Position numbers and translations under genes: made by a program
The notes under the pieces: model-generated
Database searches by the model: none
What the model was told of the DNA's origin: nothing
What the model saw: the letters and a program-made list of their open reading frames with translations, nothing else
Virus record (IMG/VR): IMGVR_UViG_2913167280_000003
Coordinates: 27,299 to 91,298 of that record
DNA: 64,000 bases
Reading direction: 5' to 3' (one strand)
Source of the DNA: a virus
Taxonomy: Duplodnaviria; Heunggongvirae; Uroviricota; Caudoviricetes
Part shown: piece after piece, positions 30,233-41,690 of the stretch
Position numbering within the stretch: the first letter of the stretch is position 1
Layout: every line of letters begins with the position of its first letter

Positions 30233-30698
30233 CAGGGTTTTCGTCATGGTTAGCGACTTTGCGGCGGTTTAGAAACTGACCATTAAAGTAAATGCAAACG
30301 ATGATCTGATGATGGTAGCGGCCTAAGAAGCCTGACGCCACGGGGTATGAGTCGTCCCCCGTCAAAAAATCGACCGCAGAGTGTCCCCGTCTGTGTATTA
30401 GGGAACGGGGAGGCATAACAGGCAAGGGCGCTGGTTCGATTAACCAGATGAGCGAGAAGGGGCCATCTCTTTGGTCAGCGTCCTTACCTGTTACGTCCTT
30501 TTTCATTCGGCGTAACAGCAATTGCTTTTAGTAATTTGAGGATAATTTCTTACTACGGGTATATCCCGTCATGCTGAAAGCGCTAATCACGCTGGAAGCC
30601 AGGGTTATGCATCCCCTGTTACCGAATTGCAGCTAGGGCGCGGTGCGCCGAAAAGCATACGGAGGTGGAAGCCCTCGCCGGAGACGTACCCGGCAAGT

Positions 30699-30741
30699 GA
30701 TGGTGTAGCTCAGCGGTTAGAGCGTCTGCCTTGTAAGCAGT
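30699..30741 (+). tRNA. 5' portion of a tRNA-Thr(UGU)-like gene (acceptor 5' strand, D-arm, anticodon arm)
   Basis: GATGGTG-TA-GCTC-AGCGGTTA-GAGC-G-TCTGC-CTTGTAA-GCAG: canonical D-arm and anticodon loop CTTGTAA; sequence then diverges from tRNA. Confidence 0.4.
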
Positions 30742-30750
30742 GGGATACTG

Positions 30751-31170
30751 ATGAAAATTTGTAGCAAATGCAAAGCACTAAAACCTGCTTCCGATTTCCA
30801 TAAAAACAAAGGAAAGAGCGATGGCCTGCAAAATATTTGCAAGGTGTGCGCCAAGGAAAGAGATGCTCTGAGTTATGCAAGCAATGAATCAAGGCGCCGG
30901 CTTATAAAGTTAACAAGAACGAGAAAAACAAGCTCAAACCGTCAGTTTTTATCTCGTTATAAACGCTTCATCGGGTGCCAAAATTGTGGAGAAAAAGAAC
31001 CTATAGTTCTGGACCTCCACCATGATAACCCTGGCGGCAAAGAAGGCGATCCTTCTAACCTATGTAGTCGATCTCGAAAGCGACTTAAGGAAGAAGTAAG
31101 GAAGTGCATTGTCCTCTGTGCGAATTGCCACAGAAAAGTCCACGCAGGTTTATTGGATATAAAGAAATAG
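30751..31170 (+). CDS. HNH endonuclease (139 aa) with N-terminal Cys-rich zinc-finger-like region
   Basis: HNH motif (LDLHHDNP...NLCSRSRKRL...CANCHRKVH) and CxxC pairs (CSKC, CKVC, CQNCG). Confidence 0.7.
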   Translation: MKICSKCKALKPASDFHKNKGKSDGLQNICKVCAKERDALSYASNESRRRLIKLTRTRKTSSNRQFLSRYKRFIGCQNCGEKEPIVLDLHHDNPGGKEGDPSNLCSRSRKRLKEEVRKCIVLCANCHRKVHAGLLDIKK

Positions 31171-31202
31171 CTACGGCGGTTCAATTCCATCAACCATCAC
31201 CA
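31171..31202 (+). tRNA. putative 3' portion of the same tRNA (T-arm, acceptor 3' strand, CCA)
   Basis: GGCGG-TTCAATT-CCATC T-arm (4/5 pairs), AACCATC pairs 6/7 with GATGGTG at 30699, discriminator A, encoded CCA. Confidence 0.3.
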
Positions 31203-31376
31203 TATACCAATGTGATGATTCTGCCGGTACGACTCTGACATCTATTCCTCGAAACGGAGTGCACAACAGATAAGAGCATTTGTAGAGTTCGACTCTCTAC
31301 CGTGGGCTTTTTCCCGCGATGTGCGCCATAGATGCTCTTTCCGTTGTGGCGAATGCGGCTGAGCGCACGCGGGGAG

Positions 31377-31790
31377 ATGAAAAAGAAACATCTGTTGATT
31401 GCTGGTGACGTGCTGTTTGCCCTGGTTGCGCTCAGCTTGTGCGACCGTGACGGCCCGGCACCGGTAATCGTCGCTCAGCCATCCGCGCCGGGAGGGGGCC
31501 ACTATTACGATAACAGCGGGGTCTTCAGCGACTTGCTGATGGGACACCTGATGAGCGGTGGTGGCTATGGACACAGCAGCAATATCAACATCACGCATCA
31601 TACGACCGTCATTAAAAACTACCATCCGGCGCCGCGCTACAACGCCACCAGCGACCAAACGCTATTATGGCTCCAGCTCGTTCGCGCGCCGCTCAACCGT
31701 TACGTCGCCTCCGATGCGTTATATCCGTCCGAGCTAGAGCCGCCACTGATGGTTATGCCCCTCCATCGTGGGGCTGTTTATTTGCCGTAA
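31377..31790 (+). CDS. putative lipoprotein (137 aa; Plp-like)
   Basis: RBS GGGGAG, start MKKKHLLIAGDVLFALVALSLC with lipobox L-S-L-C; Gly/His-rich mature part. Confidence 0.6.
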   Translation: MKKKHLLIAGDVLFALVALSLCDRDGPAPVIVAQPSAPGGGHYYDNSGVFSDLLMGHLMSGGGYGHSSNINITHHTTVIKNYHPAPRYNATSDQTLLWLQLVRAPLNRYVASDALYPSELEPPLMVMPLHRGAVYLP

Positions 31791-32463
31791 CACTCTTCTG
31801 GTTAGGGCTAATTGAGCCAACATCATTTTGCGTAGTGTTAACCTTTTCCCCTGGCACGGTTATATCTACCATTTTATAAAGTCCTTTTCTCAGACCTGTT
31901 ACGGCATCACCGTTAAAGAGTCCCCATATTGCAAACAAAAGGCCTATTGAGAAGGCTGTGGCAAAAAGTTTTGGTACACCAGAAAAAAGAAATTTTAATA
32001 TGGCAATCCCATAGACTTGGGCACATTCCCAAAACCCCACGGGTTTCTTTATTTGCTTGCTGTATTTTTCTGCACCTTTAACCAGCTGCTTTATAGCATT
32101 TTTGTTTGCCTCATCTTTCTCTTTCTGGAGGGCTTTGATTTGGTTTTGATAAATATTCTCTTGCTGCTCAAAAATTGTTTCTAACCTTGTCTGCAACTCG
32201 TTGTTGACGCCAGAAACGTATCCATCTAAAATTTCCTGTGCGCTTCTTTTAAATACTTGAAGCTGCCTCGGTGACTTGAGGCATTGATCGTGGTAGGCCG
32301 CAAGCTCAGCCTCAATCTCGTATTCTTTTTTACCGGCCGCGCGAGCGTTACGAGCTATTTCGTCCTTAAAACCTTTATAAACCGCATACGAAAGAAGCTG
32401 CTCAATATTATTTGGATCTTTTACCAGCTCAGTAAAAATCCATTTCTTTGTTTGCTGAGTCAT
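31753..32463 (-). CDS. AT-rich accessory membrane protein (236 aa; soluble helical N-domain, 2 TM near C-terminus)
   Basis: Helical charged N-terminal 150 aa, then hydrophobic segments (VYGIAILKFLFSGVP, FATAFSIGLLFAIWGLF); AT-rich. Confidence 0.5.
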   Translation of the reverse strand: MTQQTKKWIFTELVKDPNNIEQLLSYAVYKGFKDEIARNARAAGKKEYEIEAELAAYHDQCLKSPRQLQVFKRSAQEILDGYVSGVNNELQTRLETIFEQQENIYQNQIKALQKEKDEANKNAIKQLVKGAEKYSKQIKKPVGFWECAQVYGIAILKFLFSGVPKLFATAFSIGLLFAIWGLFNGDAVTGLRKGLYKMVDITVPGEKVNTTQNDVGSISPNQKSVTANKQPHDGGA

Positions 32464-32516
32464 GTTTCACCACAATAAAAAAGCCACTTCAAAGGAGCTT
32501 GTAAATATCACGTTGG

Positions 32517-32849
32517 TTACGCTTTTTTATTTTTACGAACCTGATTAAACGATTCTTGAATATATTCCCGCCCGCTGCTCTGTGATAGGACGGACATTGC
32601 TAATTGACGAGACAGGCTGGAAGCCTTTGCATCCCGTGCTGATGCAGCTGCTACTTTACGGACAGTTTGGCTATCGCCTTTACGACTAACTTCATTTTTT
32701 TTGCCTGCAATCACGCCTGCAACGGCAGCCTTTACAAAGGCCGTTTTGTTAGTAACAATTTTTTCCGCAGCGACCGTCGCCACGGCATTCTTCGAAATTT
32801 TACGAATTTCTTCCGGGCTGAGGGCTGGCATACGACGAACTGTGGTCAT
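32517..32849 (-). CDS. small basic Ala-rich protein (110 aa)
   Basis: ORF in track; Lys/Ala-rich; no motif recognised. Confidence 0.4.
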   Translation of the reverse strand: MTTVRRMPALSPEEIRKISKNAVATVAAEKIVTNKTAFVKAAVAGVIAGKKNEVSRKGDSQTVRKVAAASARDAKASSLSRQLAMSVLSQSSGREYIQESFNQVRKNKKA

Positions 32850-32966
32850 TTTTCGCTCCTCTTTACTTCTCCTCAGTCTAACATTTGCGAAAATATTTGT
32901 ATATTTTTTAGCGCGCTTTATATGGGATTGTGGGAGGCGCTTTCAGGGCCAAAAATCATTATCGAA

Positions 32967-36089
<3,123 letters not shown>

Positions 36090-37307
36090 TTATCCTTTCC
36101 GTTTACGGGCTTCGTTAATTTGCGTCTCAAGAATGCTTCGCGCCTGCGCGGTGGCGGCGGCCTTGTCCATTCCCTGACTCATGAAAAACTTTATGAGGTT
36201 GTTCGCCTGCGTTTGCAGGGCTTTTTTGAGAGCGTCGGCTTCAGCGCGAGCCAGGGCCTCCCTCACCCGCGATGCTTTTAGTTCTGCATTCTTTCTGTTT
36301 GCCGTGGTGCGAGCTTTTTTTAACAACCTGCGAACGTTGTCGGTGGCGCTATCTTTGGCGCGTAGTTTTTTGCCTAATGCGTCCTGAGATTTCAGATACA
36401 GCTCATACTCACGCGCAGCTTTAGCCTGATCCGTCGTTGTTGTCCGGTTGCGCGCGAGCGATTTAGCCAGTTCGCCTTTGAAATAGGTTGTTGTCTTCCG
36501 CTTGTCATCGCCGAAGGCCACCTGTTCAGCTGCTTTTTCCAGGGCAATAATGATGGCCTTGTGCCATGTGGGAGACTGAAAACGCGTCATAGCGTGCAAA
36601 ACATGTTTGCAGGCCACTCCAGTCAGATCAGGGTTGCGGATTTTGGGGAATGCATACTCTTTTGGCGGCGCGACAGCATAGTTACCAGCCGTGGACATAT
36701 AGCGGAACCAGTATTGATGGCGTCCACAATCACAGTCGAAAGATACCCGGCCCTTGCAGAGTTCGGCAGCTATTCGGGCTTTTTTCGCTCCGTCTTCAGC
36801 AATATCCTCAACGGCTTTATCCCATTCCTCAAATCGAATTCTGACGCGGTGATGCTGGTGGACCGACTCATCCGAGGCATTAACAGATATCAATGCAAGG
36901 TTGTGTTTTAGCCCGAGAAATGTCGCGGCTTTTATCCCTGTGCCATCAGAAACTTTGTTGTTAGCGCGTTTTATATCAATGCTGGTGGACTGCGCCACCA
37001 GCTGAGCATAGGTAATGCCGGGTACCGTGCTCTTGAATTTGGTTTTATGAGCCTGCCTTGAGGTGTTGAAACTGCGTATATCTTCGGGCGTAAAGTAGGT
37101 GCCATCTTTCTTTTTTCCAAGATTGAGGAATGCGTCAAGTTCGCGGTTACGCATCCCCATAATCCTTGGGGTGAGTGTACGCCGCGCGTTTCGCCGATTC
37201 TGACGCTGCTGTTTACGGATAAGATCGAAGACCTTGTTAAAGTCTTTTGCACTTAATCCATCAGTCTGATAGCGACCAAGGTTGTCGCGAGCATATTCAG
37301 TTGGCAT
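36090..37307 (-). CDS. late protein with SWIM-like zinc finger (CDCGRHQYW...CKHVLHA) and basic helical C-terminus (405 aa)
   Basis: CxC...CxH pattern and Lys/Arg/Ala-rich C-terminal region. Confidence 0.5.
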   Translation of the reverse strand: MPTEYARDNLGRYQTDGLSAKDFNKVFDLIRKQQRQNRRNARRTLTPRIMGMRNRELDAFLNLGKKKDGTYFTPEDIRSFNTSRQAHKTKFKSTVPGITYAQLVAQSTSIDIKRANNKVSDGTGIKAATFLGLKHNLALISVNASDESVHQHHRVRIRFEEWDKAVEDIAEDGAKKARIAAELCKGRVSFDCDCGRHQYWFRYMSTAGNYAVAPPKEYAFPKIRNPDLTGVACKHVLHAMTRFQSPTWHKAIIIALEKAAEQVAFGDDKRKTTTYFKGELAKSLARNRTTTTDQAKAAREYELYLKSQDALGKKLRAKDSATDNVRRLLKKARTTANRKNAELKASRVREALARAEADALKKALQTQANNLIKFFMSQGMDKAAATAQARSILETQINEARKRKG

Positions 37308-37316
37308 TCAATTCCC

Positions 37317-37694
37317 TTACGCAATGGATAATGTCCCTATTACCTGGCCGTCATATTGGAAATGGCGAATCATTTCGCGGACCCAGGTGGCAGGTGGGAG
37401 TTTTAATTTTTTGCCAACAGTCATGCCCTGAGATTCATCCTCAAGCCCGGCGGCGAGCGTCACTACCCAGCGTAGCTCTGCTATGCCCCACATACGGTAA
37501 GCCAGCAAATCCGGGCGGTATTGCTCATCGGGAAGAACGTAATAAATCGTCAGATTCTTGTCGTTCGATTCACACATAAGCATCACCTCTTTGCGCAGCT
37601 CTGCCCTGAGTATTGGATCGGCTATGTTGCGGTCGTCATACCGTGACAGAGGATATTGCTGGGTGCTTTGGGTTGTTGTGATTGATGTAGCCAT
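37317..37694 (-). CDS. first gene of minus-strand late operon (125 aa)
   Basis: ORF preceded by leader motif shared with the operon starting at 6953. Confidence 0.5.
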   Translation of the reverse strand: MATSITTTQSTQQYPLSRYDDRNIADPILRAELRKEVMLMCESNDKNLTIYYVLPDEQYRPDLLAYRMWGIAELRWVVTLAAGLEDESQGMTVGKKLKLPPATWVREMIRHFQYDGQVIGTLSIA

Positions 37695-37766
37695 AGTCAG
37701 CCTGCCAGAAATAGATGATGGTGATTCTACTGCTAGTCATTTGTTGAATGTTTAACTCAATAAAAG

Positions 37767-37783
37767 AAAATTATTAGTGCAAT
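37767..37783 (-). promoter_or_regulatory. C1 operator-like site, diverged (AAAATTATTAGTGCAAT on + strand)
   Basis: 15/17 match to reverse complement of consensus; in divergent intergenic region 37695-37840. Confidence 0.5.
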
Positions 37784-37840
37784 TTTGATTGTGAAATGTA
37801 TCATTCTGCCCTTAAGTAGGTTCTTCACGAGGAAACAAAA

Positions 37841-38086
37841 TTGGCAGAACGTGTTGATGATGCAGAGCGGAGCATGAATCAGTTAGAAGCTCTCAAAGAC
37901 ATGGCCATCGATAACATCAGAAAGCAGGCACAGGTCGTGAGCCAGGTATTTACAGGGAAGTGTCGGTACTGCAATGAACCGATTGAATCCGGCATCTATT
38001 GTGACGCTGATTGTGCGCAATGGCACAGGGAAGAGCAGGCAGCAAAACAGCGTAAATATGGCATGCGACCGGCAGAGTTTGACTGA
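37841..38086 (+). CDS. TraR/DksA-family C4 zinc-finger protein (81 aa)
   Basis: C-terminal CRYCNEPI...CDADC four-Cys motif in small helical protein. Confidence 0.55.
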   Translation: MAERVDDAERSMNQLEALKDMAIDNIRKQAQVVSQVFTGKCRYCNEPIESGIYCDADCAQWHREEQAAKQRKYGMRPAEFD

Positions 38087-38088
38087 TT

Positions 38089-38667
38089 ATGTTGCGCTTT
38101 ACTGAGGAAGAGTTTCAGGCTTTTAGTGAACGTAGAAATAAGGGGTGGTCCAGGCCAAAAACCAAAAAGGATCCATTCTTATCGCTTGCACCGGCAAAAG
38201 AAGTTTCGCCACATGCGAAGGCGCTTGCAGCACTGGCAAAGAACCCAGACCTGCGCGACGGAAATTGCGAGCACTTCGAACAGGTTTTCATTTTTGATTA
38301 CTTCGAACGCAAGCACCCTGAAATCTATGAGTTGTTGCATGCAACGCCTAACGGAGGGAAACGTTCAAAAGCAACCGCCGGGAAAATGAAGGCTGAAGGG
38401 CAGAAAAAAGGTTATCCGGACATGAGTCTCGATAAAGCATGCGGTATTTATCACGGTATGCGAATTGAGCTTAAAGAACCAAATGGTAAAGCCCCGACGA
38501 AAGAGCAGATCGCCTGGATGTGCAGGCTTAGAGAGGAAGATTACTACGTCGTTCTTGCGTATGGTGCAGAACAAGCGATTACCGCCATCCTGGAATACAT
38601 AAGCCTTAAAAAGGGTGAGGCTATTGAGCATGTATTGAACGGCGATAAGTGGTTGTACGATGCGTAA
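38089..38667 (+). CDS. VRR-NUC-like nuclease domain protein (192 aa)
   Basis: Motifs KGYPDMSL...GMRIELKEPNGKAPTKEQIAWM typical of VRR-NUC fold (by memory). Confidence 0.5.
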   Translation: MLRFTEEEFQAFSERRNKGWSRPKTKKDPFLSLAPAKEVSPHAKALAALAKNPDLRDGNCEHFEQVFIFDYFERKHPEIYELLHATPNGGKRSKATAGKMKAEGQKKGYPDMSLDKACGIYHGMRIELKEPNGKAPTKEQIAWMCRLREEDYYVVLAYGAEQAITAILEYISLKKGEAIEHVLNGDKWLYDA

Positions 38668-38673
38668 AATAAT

Positions 38674-38690
38674 AAATTAATTAGTGCATT
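38674..38690 (-). promoter_or_regulatory. weak C1 operator-like site (AAATTAATTAGTGCATT on + strand)
   Basis: 14/17 match to reverse-complement consensus. Confidence 0.35.
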
Positions 38691-38863
38691 TATGCTCTTT
38701 GAGATAGCGAACATTAACATCGGGAGAATAATCGTGTCATCCAAGGTTAATTATGAATCGCTGGCATCGGTCATGCCGCGTAATGAACAGGAAGCAGATG
38801 CTGTAGTGGACCCGGTAATCGCTGAAATGAATGCTCGCCTGGAGGCTGAATTTGCAGCTGAGA

Positions 38864-39493
38864 ATGAACATACCACCCAGGGCGACTAGGACTGTTTTTT
38901 GTATCGGCAGCGGCCCATCACTCACTCGCGAGGACTGTGCTGCTATAGAAAAAACTGGCTGTTCAATCATCGCTGTTAACAATTCCTGGCAGATGTTCGA
39001 TGACATTTATGCCTTATACGCAGGTGATTTGTCATGGTGGAAGCAATACGGATCCACCATACCGGGAGGGAGATTCCGCAAAGTGACAGCCAACCTGGCG
39101 GCGGCGAAATCATTTTCGTTGGAGTACAGGCGATATTGTGGACCGGCGGAAGGGGTAAATAGCGGCGCGCAGGCTATCAGTCTGGCGGCTGAATCGGGGG
39201 CTGAAGTAGTTGTATTAGTCGGCTATGACTGTTCCCTGCAAAACGGCCTTCATTGGCATGGCGCGCACCCTCAAGCACTACGGAATCCAACGCAGGTGTC
39301 AATTTCAAAATGGCAACAGCAGTTCCTGGACACCCGCAAAAAACACGCAGATTTACATATTTTGAATGCAAGTAGGAGCAGTGCAATTCAATGTTTCCCA
39401 AGAATAAATTTAGAGGCAGTGATCGCGTTATTATCGTCGGCAGTGGCCCAAGCGCCGCAAACTTTGTTGCGCCGCGCGGAGTGCCGATTATAG
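38864..39493 (+). CDS. GSGPS-motif Rossmann-like protein, paralog 1 (start uncertain; DUF115/MAF-like guess)
   Basis: VFCIGSGPS...IIAVNNSW...NSGAQAISLAAESGAEVVVLVGYD parallels motifs of the next ORF. Confidence 0.45.
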   Translation: MNIPPRATRTVFCIGSGPSLTREDCAAIEKTGCSIIAVNNSWQMFDDIYALYAGDLSWWKQYGSTIPGGRFRKVTANLAAAKSFSLEYRRYCGPAEGVNSGAQAISLAAESGAEVVVLVGYDCSLQNGLHWHGAHPQALRNPTQVSISKWQQQFLDTRKKHADLHILNASRSSAIQCFPRINLEAVIALLSSAVAQAPQTLLRRAECRL

Positions 39494-40017
39494 CGGTCAA
39501 TGGGGCCATCGACTGGCTTAACCGCGCTTCTTATTTTTTCACCCTTGATCCATCACCAGACAATATGCGGCGTGTTGGTCGTGGGCGCCGTCGCCGTGGT
39601 GTTTGTTATTGCATGGCGCTTCCTGATGTTAAAGAACGTGAAGTCAGAGACGGCGTTCTGTGCTTCCGTCGTGTGGCTGAGCGCGGCACGGAGCCAAAAA
39701 ATACGAATTCTCCCGAGTGGTGGGCGTGGCGCTGGTCCGCACATTTCGGTCTTTGCGAAGATGTGAATGAAATTGCCAGCGGCAATAGTGCATATGGTGC
39801 TCTAAACCTGGCTTTCCATATCGGATTCAAACATGTCGCCCTGGTGGGCGTGGACGCTACACAAGAACCACGCGTTCATTCCGGCGGCACGCCAAAAAAT
39901 CTAAGTCACCTGCCTTTGTTATTCCAGTCAGCGCGTGAGCAGATTGACGTTGTTTCATGCGGGAAAATGGGAGGTATTCCGCAGATGACTCTTAAAGAAT
40001 GGCTGAAGAATACATGA
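39391..40017 (+). CDS. GSGPS-motif Rossmann-like protein, paralog 2 (208 aa)
   Basis: VIIVGSGPS...[10 protein letters not shown]...[26 protein letters not shown]; paralogous to preceding ORF. Confidence 0.5.
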   Translation: MFPKNKFRGSDRVIIVGSGPSAANFVAPRGVPIIAVNGAIDWLNRASYFFTLDPSPDNMRRVGRGRRRRGVCYCMALPDVKEREVRDGVLCFRRVAERGTEPKNTNSPEWWAWRWSAHFGLCEDVNEIASGNSAYGALNLAFHIGFKHVALVGVDATQEPRVHSGGTPKNLSHLPLLFQSAREQIDVVSCGKMGGIPQMTLKEWLKNT

Positions 40018-40691
40018 TGGCACCCACAATTTATCACCGTATCGACGGTACCAAATACAGGAATGTCTGGGTTGTTGGTGATCTGCATGGTTGCTACACC
40101 AGACTGATGTCCGAACTCCATCGTGTGGATTTTGACCCTGCGCAGGATTTACTGATATCGGTCGGCGACCTTATCGATCGCGGCACCGAAAATGTGAAAT
40201 GCCTGGAGCTATTGCAGATGCCATGGTTCAGAGCGGTCATGGGCAACCATGAGCGGCTGATGATTGATGCGTTAAGCCCTGATGGCAATGTGAATAATTG
40301 GCTAATGAATGGCGGACAATGGTTCTTCATGCAGGACACCGATCAGGAAATATTAGCCAGGGCGCTGGTGGAGCTGGTAAGACGACTGCCCTATATCATT
40401 GAGTTGAACACCGGGCAAGAAACTATCGTTATAGCCCATGCCGACTATCCGGATAATGAATATCAATTCGGTAAGGAGGTGCCGCTTTTCAACGTTGTCT
40501 GGGCGCGCGAGCGTATCAGTGATTCGATGGATGATATTGGTGGCGAAATTTCGGGCGCAGATCGTTTTATCTTTGGTCACACTCCGGTGAAAAGCCCGAA
40601 GACATTCTGGAATCAGCATTATATCGACACTGGTGCCGTATTTTGCGGAAACCTTACATTGATGAAAGTGAAAGGTTATGGTGCAGCATGA
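39999..40691 (+). CDS. calcineurin-like Ser/Thr phosphatase (PP-lambda family, 230 aa)
   Basis: Metallophosphatase motifs VVGDLHG, GDLIDRG, GNHE. Confidence 0.7.
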   Translation: MAEEYMMAPTIYHRIDGTKYRNVWVVGDLHGCYTRLMSELHRVDFDPAQDLLISVGDLIDRGTENVKCLELLQMPWFRAVMGNHERLMIDALSPDGNVNNWLMNGGQWFFMQDTDQEILARALVELVRRLPYIIELNTGQETIVIAHADYPDNEYQFGKEVPLFNVVWARERISDSMDDIGGEISGADRFIFGHTPVKSPKTFWNQHYIDTGAVFCGNLTLMKVKGYGAA

Positions 40692-41389
40692 AGATTGCTT
40701 TAGTTCTTCGCTCTGGAGGCGACTATAACGCTTCCGATGTGCAGTGGCTGGTTAATCAACTGCCAAAAGGCTATGAAATTATTTGCCTGACAGACCTGAA
40801 GCGTTTACATGTACCTGGCGTCAAAGTTGTCCCATTGATCAACCAGTGGCAAAAGTGCCGTGGCTGGTGGGCGAAAATCGAGTTGTTCCGACCTGATATA
40901 ACCGATGATCTGTTCTATCTGGATTTGGACACGGTTATTGCCGGTGATATACGCCCAATCCTTGAGAATCCACCAACCAGCTTCACCATGCTTAGGGATT
41001 TTTACCATCCACAATATCGTGGCAGCGGTGCCATGTGGATACCAAATAGTGTAAAAGCGCATATCTGGAGTGCATTCTGGCAAGATCCGGAAGGTTGGAT
41101 TGCTCGTTGTGTTACAACTGAGTGCTGGGGGGATCAGGGGTTCTTGCGAAAGGTTATGGGCGATGACACACCAGCATTTCAGGATCTGTATCCGGGATGG
41201 TTTGTAAGTTACAAGGCCGATGTTGTGGAACCTGGTTCGAAATATGCAAGCGCGCGTTACTCCAGGGGGAATGGGGCATTACCAAAGGACTGCCGAATAA
41301 TCTTTTTCCACGGCAAACCGCGACCTCGCGAAGTGTCAGAGGATTGGCTTCCACTCATTAGCGCGTTTTTTGAGCAAGAATCAGAATAA
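40688..41389 (+). CDS. DxD-motif glycosyltransferase-like protein (233 aa)
   Basis: ATGA overlap with phosphatase stop; [13 protein letters not shown]xD-type motif. Confidence 0.45.
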   Translation: MKIALVLRSGGDYNASDVQWLVNQLPKGYEIICLTDLKRLHVPGVKVVPLINQWQKCRGWWAKIELFRPDITDDLFYLDLDTVIAGDIRPILENPPTSFTMLRDFYHPQYRGSGAMWIPNSVKAHIWSAFWQDPEGWIARCVTTECWGDQGFLRKVMGDDTPAFQDLYPGWFVSYKADVVEPGSKYASARYSRGNGALPKDCRIIFFHGKPRPREVSEDWLPLISAFFEQESE

Positions 41390-41390
41390 T

Positions 41391-41407
41391 ATTGCTCTAA
41401 TAATTCC
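41391..41407 (+). promoter_or_regulatory. C1 operator-like site (ATTGCTCTAATAATTCC)
   Basis: Consensus core seen directly after stop of gene 40688-41389. Confidence 0.7.
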
Positions 41408-41419
41408 ATATTTTTAAAA

Positions 41420-41448
41420 CGTGATGTACACTCATCACGTTTTTTATT
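41420..41448. terminator. hairpin CGTGATG-TACACTC-ATCACG flanked by A-run and T-run (bidirectional terminator-like)
   Basis: Seen directly between two oppositely oriented operator copies. Confidence 0.5.
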
Positions 41449-41456
41449 AGAGCAAT
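41440..41456 (-). promoter_or_regulatory. C1 operator-like site in inverted orientation (TTTTTATTAGAGCAAT on + strand)
   Basis: Reverse-complement consensus core. Confidence 0.65.
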
Positions 41457-41470
41457 CTACAAGGTGCACT

Positions 41471-41689
41471 ATGTGGCCATTCCGACGGAAATATCACTAC
41501 TGGCTGATCGCCTTTGTTACGCCGACCGGCGGTATCAGGCATGTCATCACCAGGTATCGCAACAAGAGACTCACCTTAGCCAGAATTTTACAGGCTGCCA
41601 TAGGTGAGGGACTGGATACAAATTGCGTAGTCCTTCCACCTTCATATTTAGGAAAAATGACCGAAGCACAAGCTAATACGGAACTTTGA
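41471..41689 (+). CDS. small ORF (72 aa) coupled to downstream gene
   Basis: Stop 1 bp before the 41691 ATG; no motif recognised. Confidence 0.3.
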   Translation: MWPFRRKYHYWLIAFVTPTGGIRHVITRYRNKRLTLARILQAAIGEGLDTNCVVLPPSYLGKMTEAQANTEL

Positions 41690-41690
41690 A

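Noticed and set aside
30081-30521. 146-aa minus-strand ORF in the GC-rich segment after dmt
   Set aside because: Arg/Trp/His-rich translation typical of out-of-frame GC-rich DNA; it spans a + strand terminator and hairpins; kept only as unexplained noncoding sequence.
30742-31170. Group I intron inside the tRNA-like gene
   Set aside because: The 428-bp insert is almost entirely occupied by the HNH ORF, leaving no room for a separate ribozyme core; the split is reported as a finding but intron identity is not claimed.
31282-31312. Second tRNA suggested by a canonical T-arm-like hairpin (GTAGAG-TTCGACT-CTCTAC)
   Set aside because: No complementary acceptor 5' strand or anticodon arm could be found upstream; treated as an isolated hairpin or tRNA fragment.
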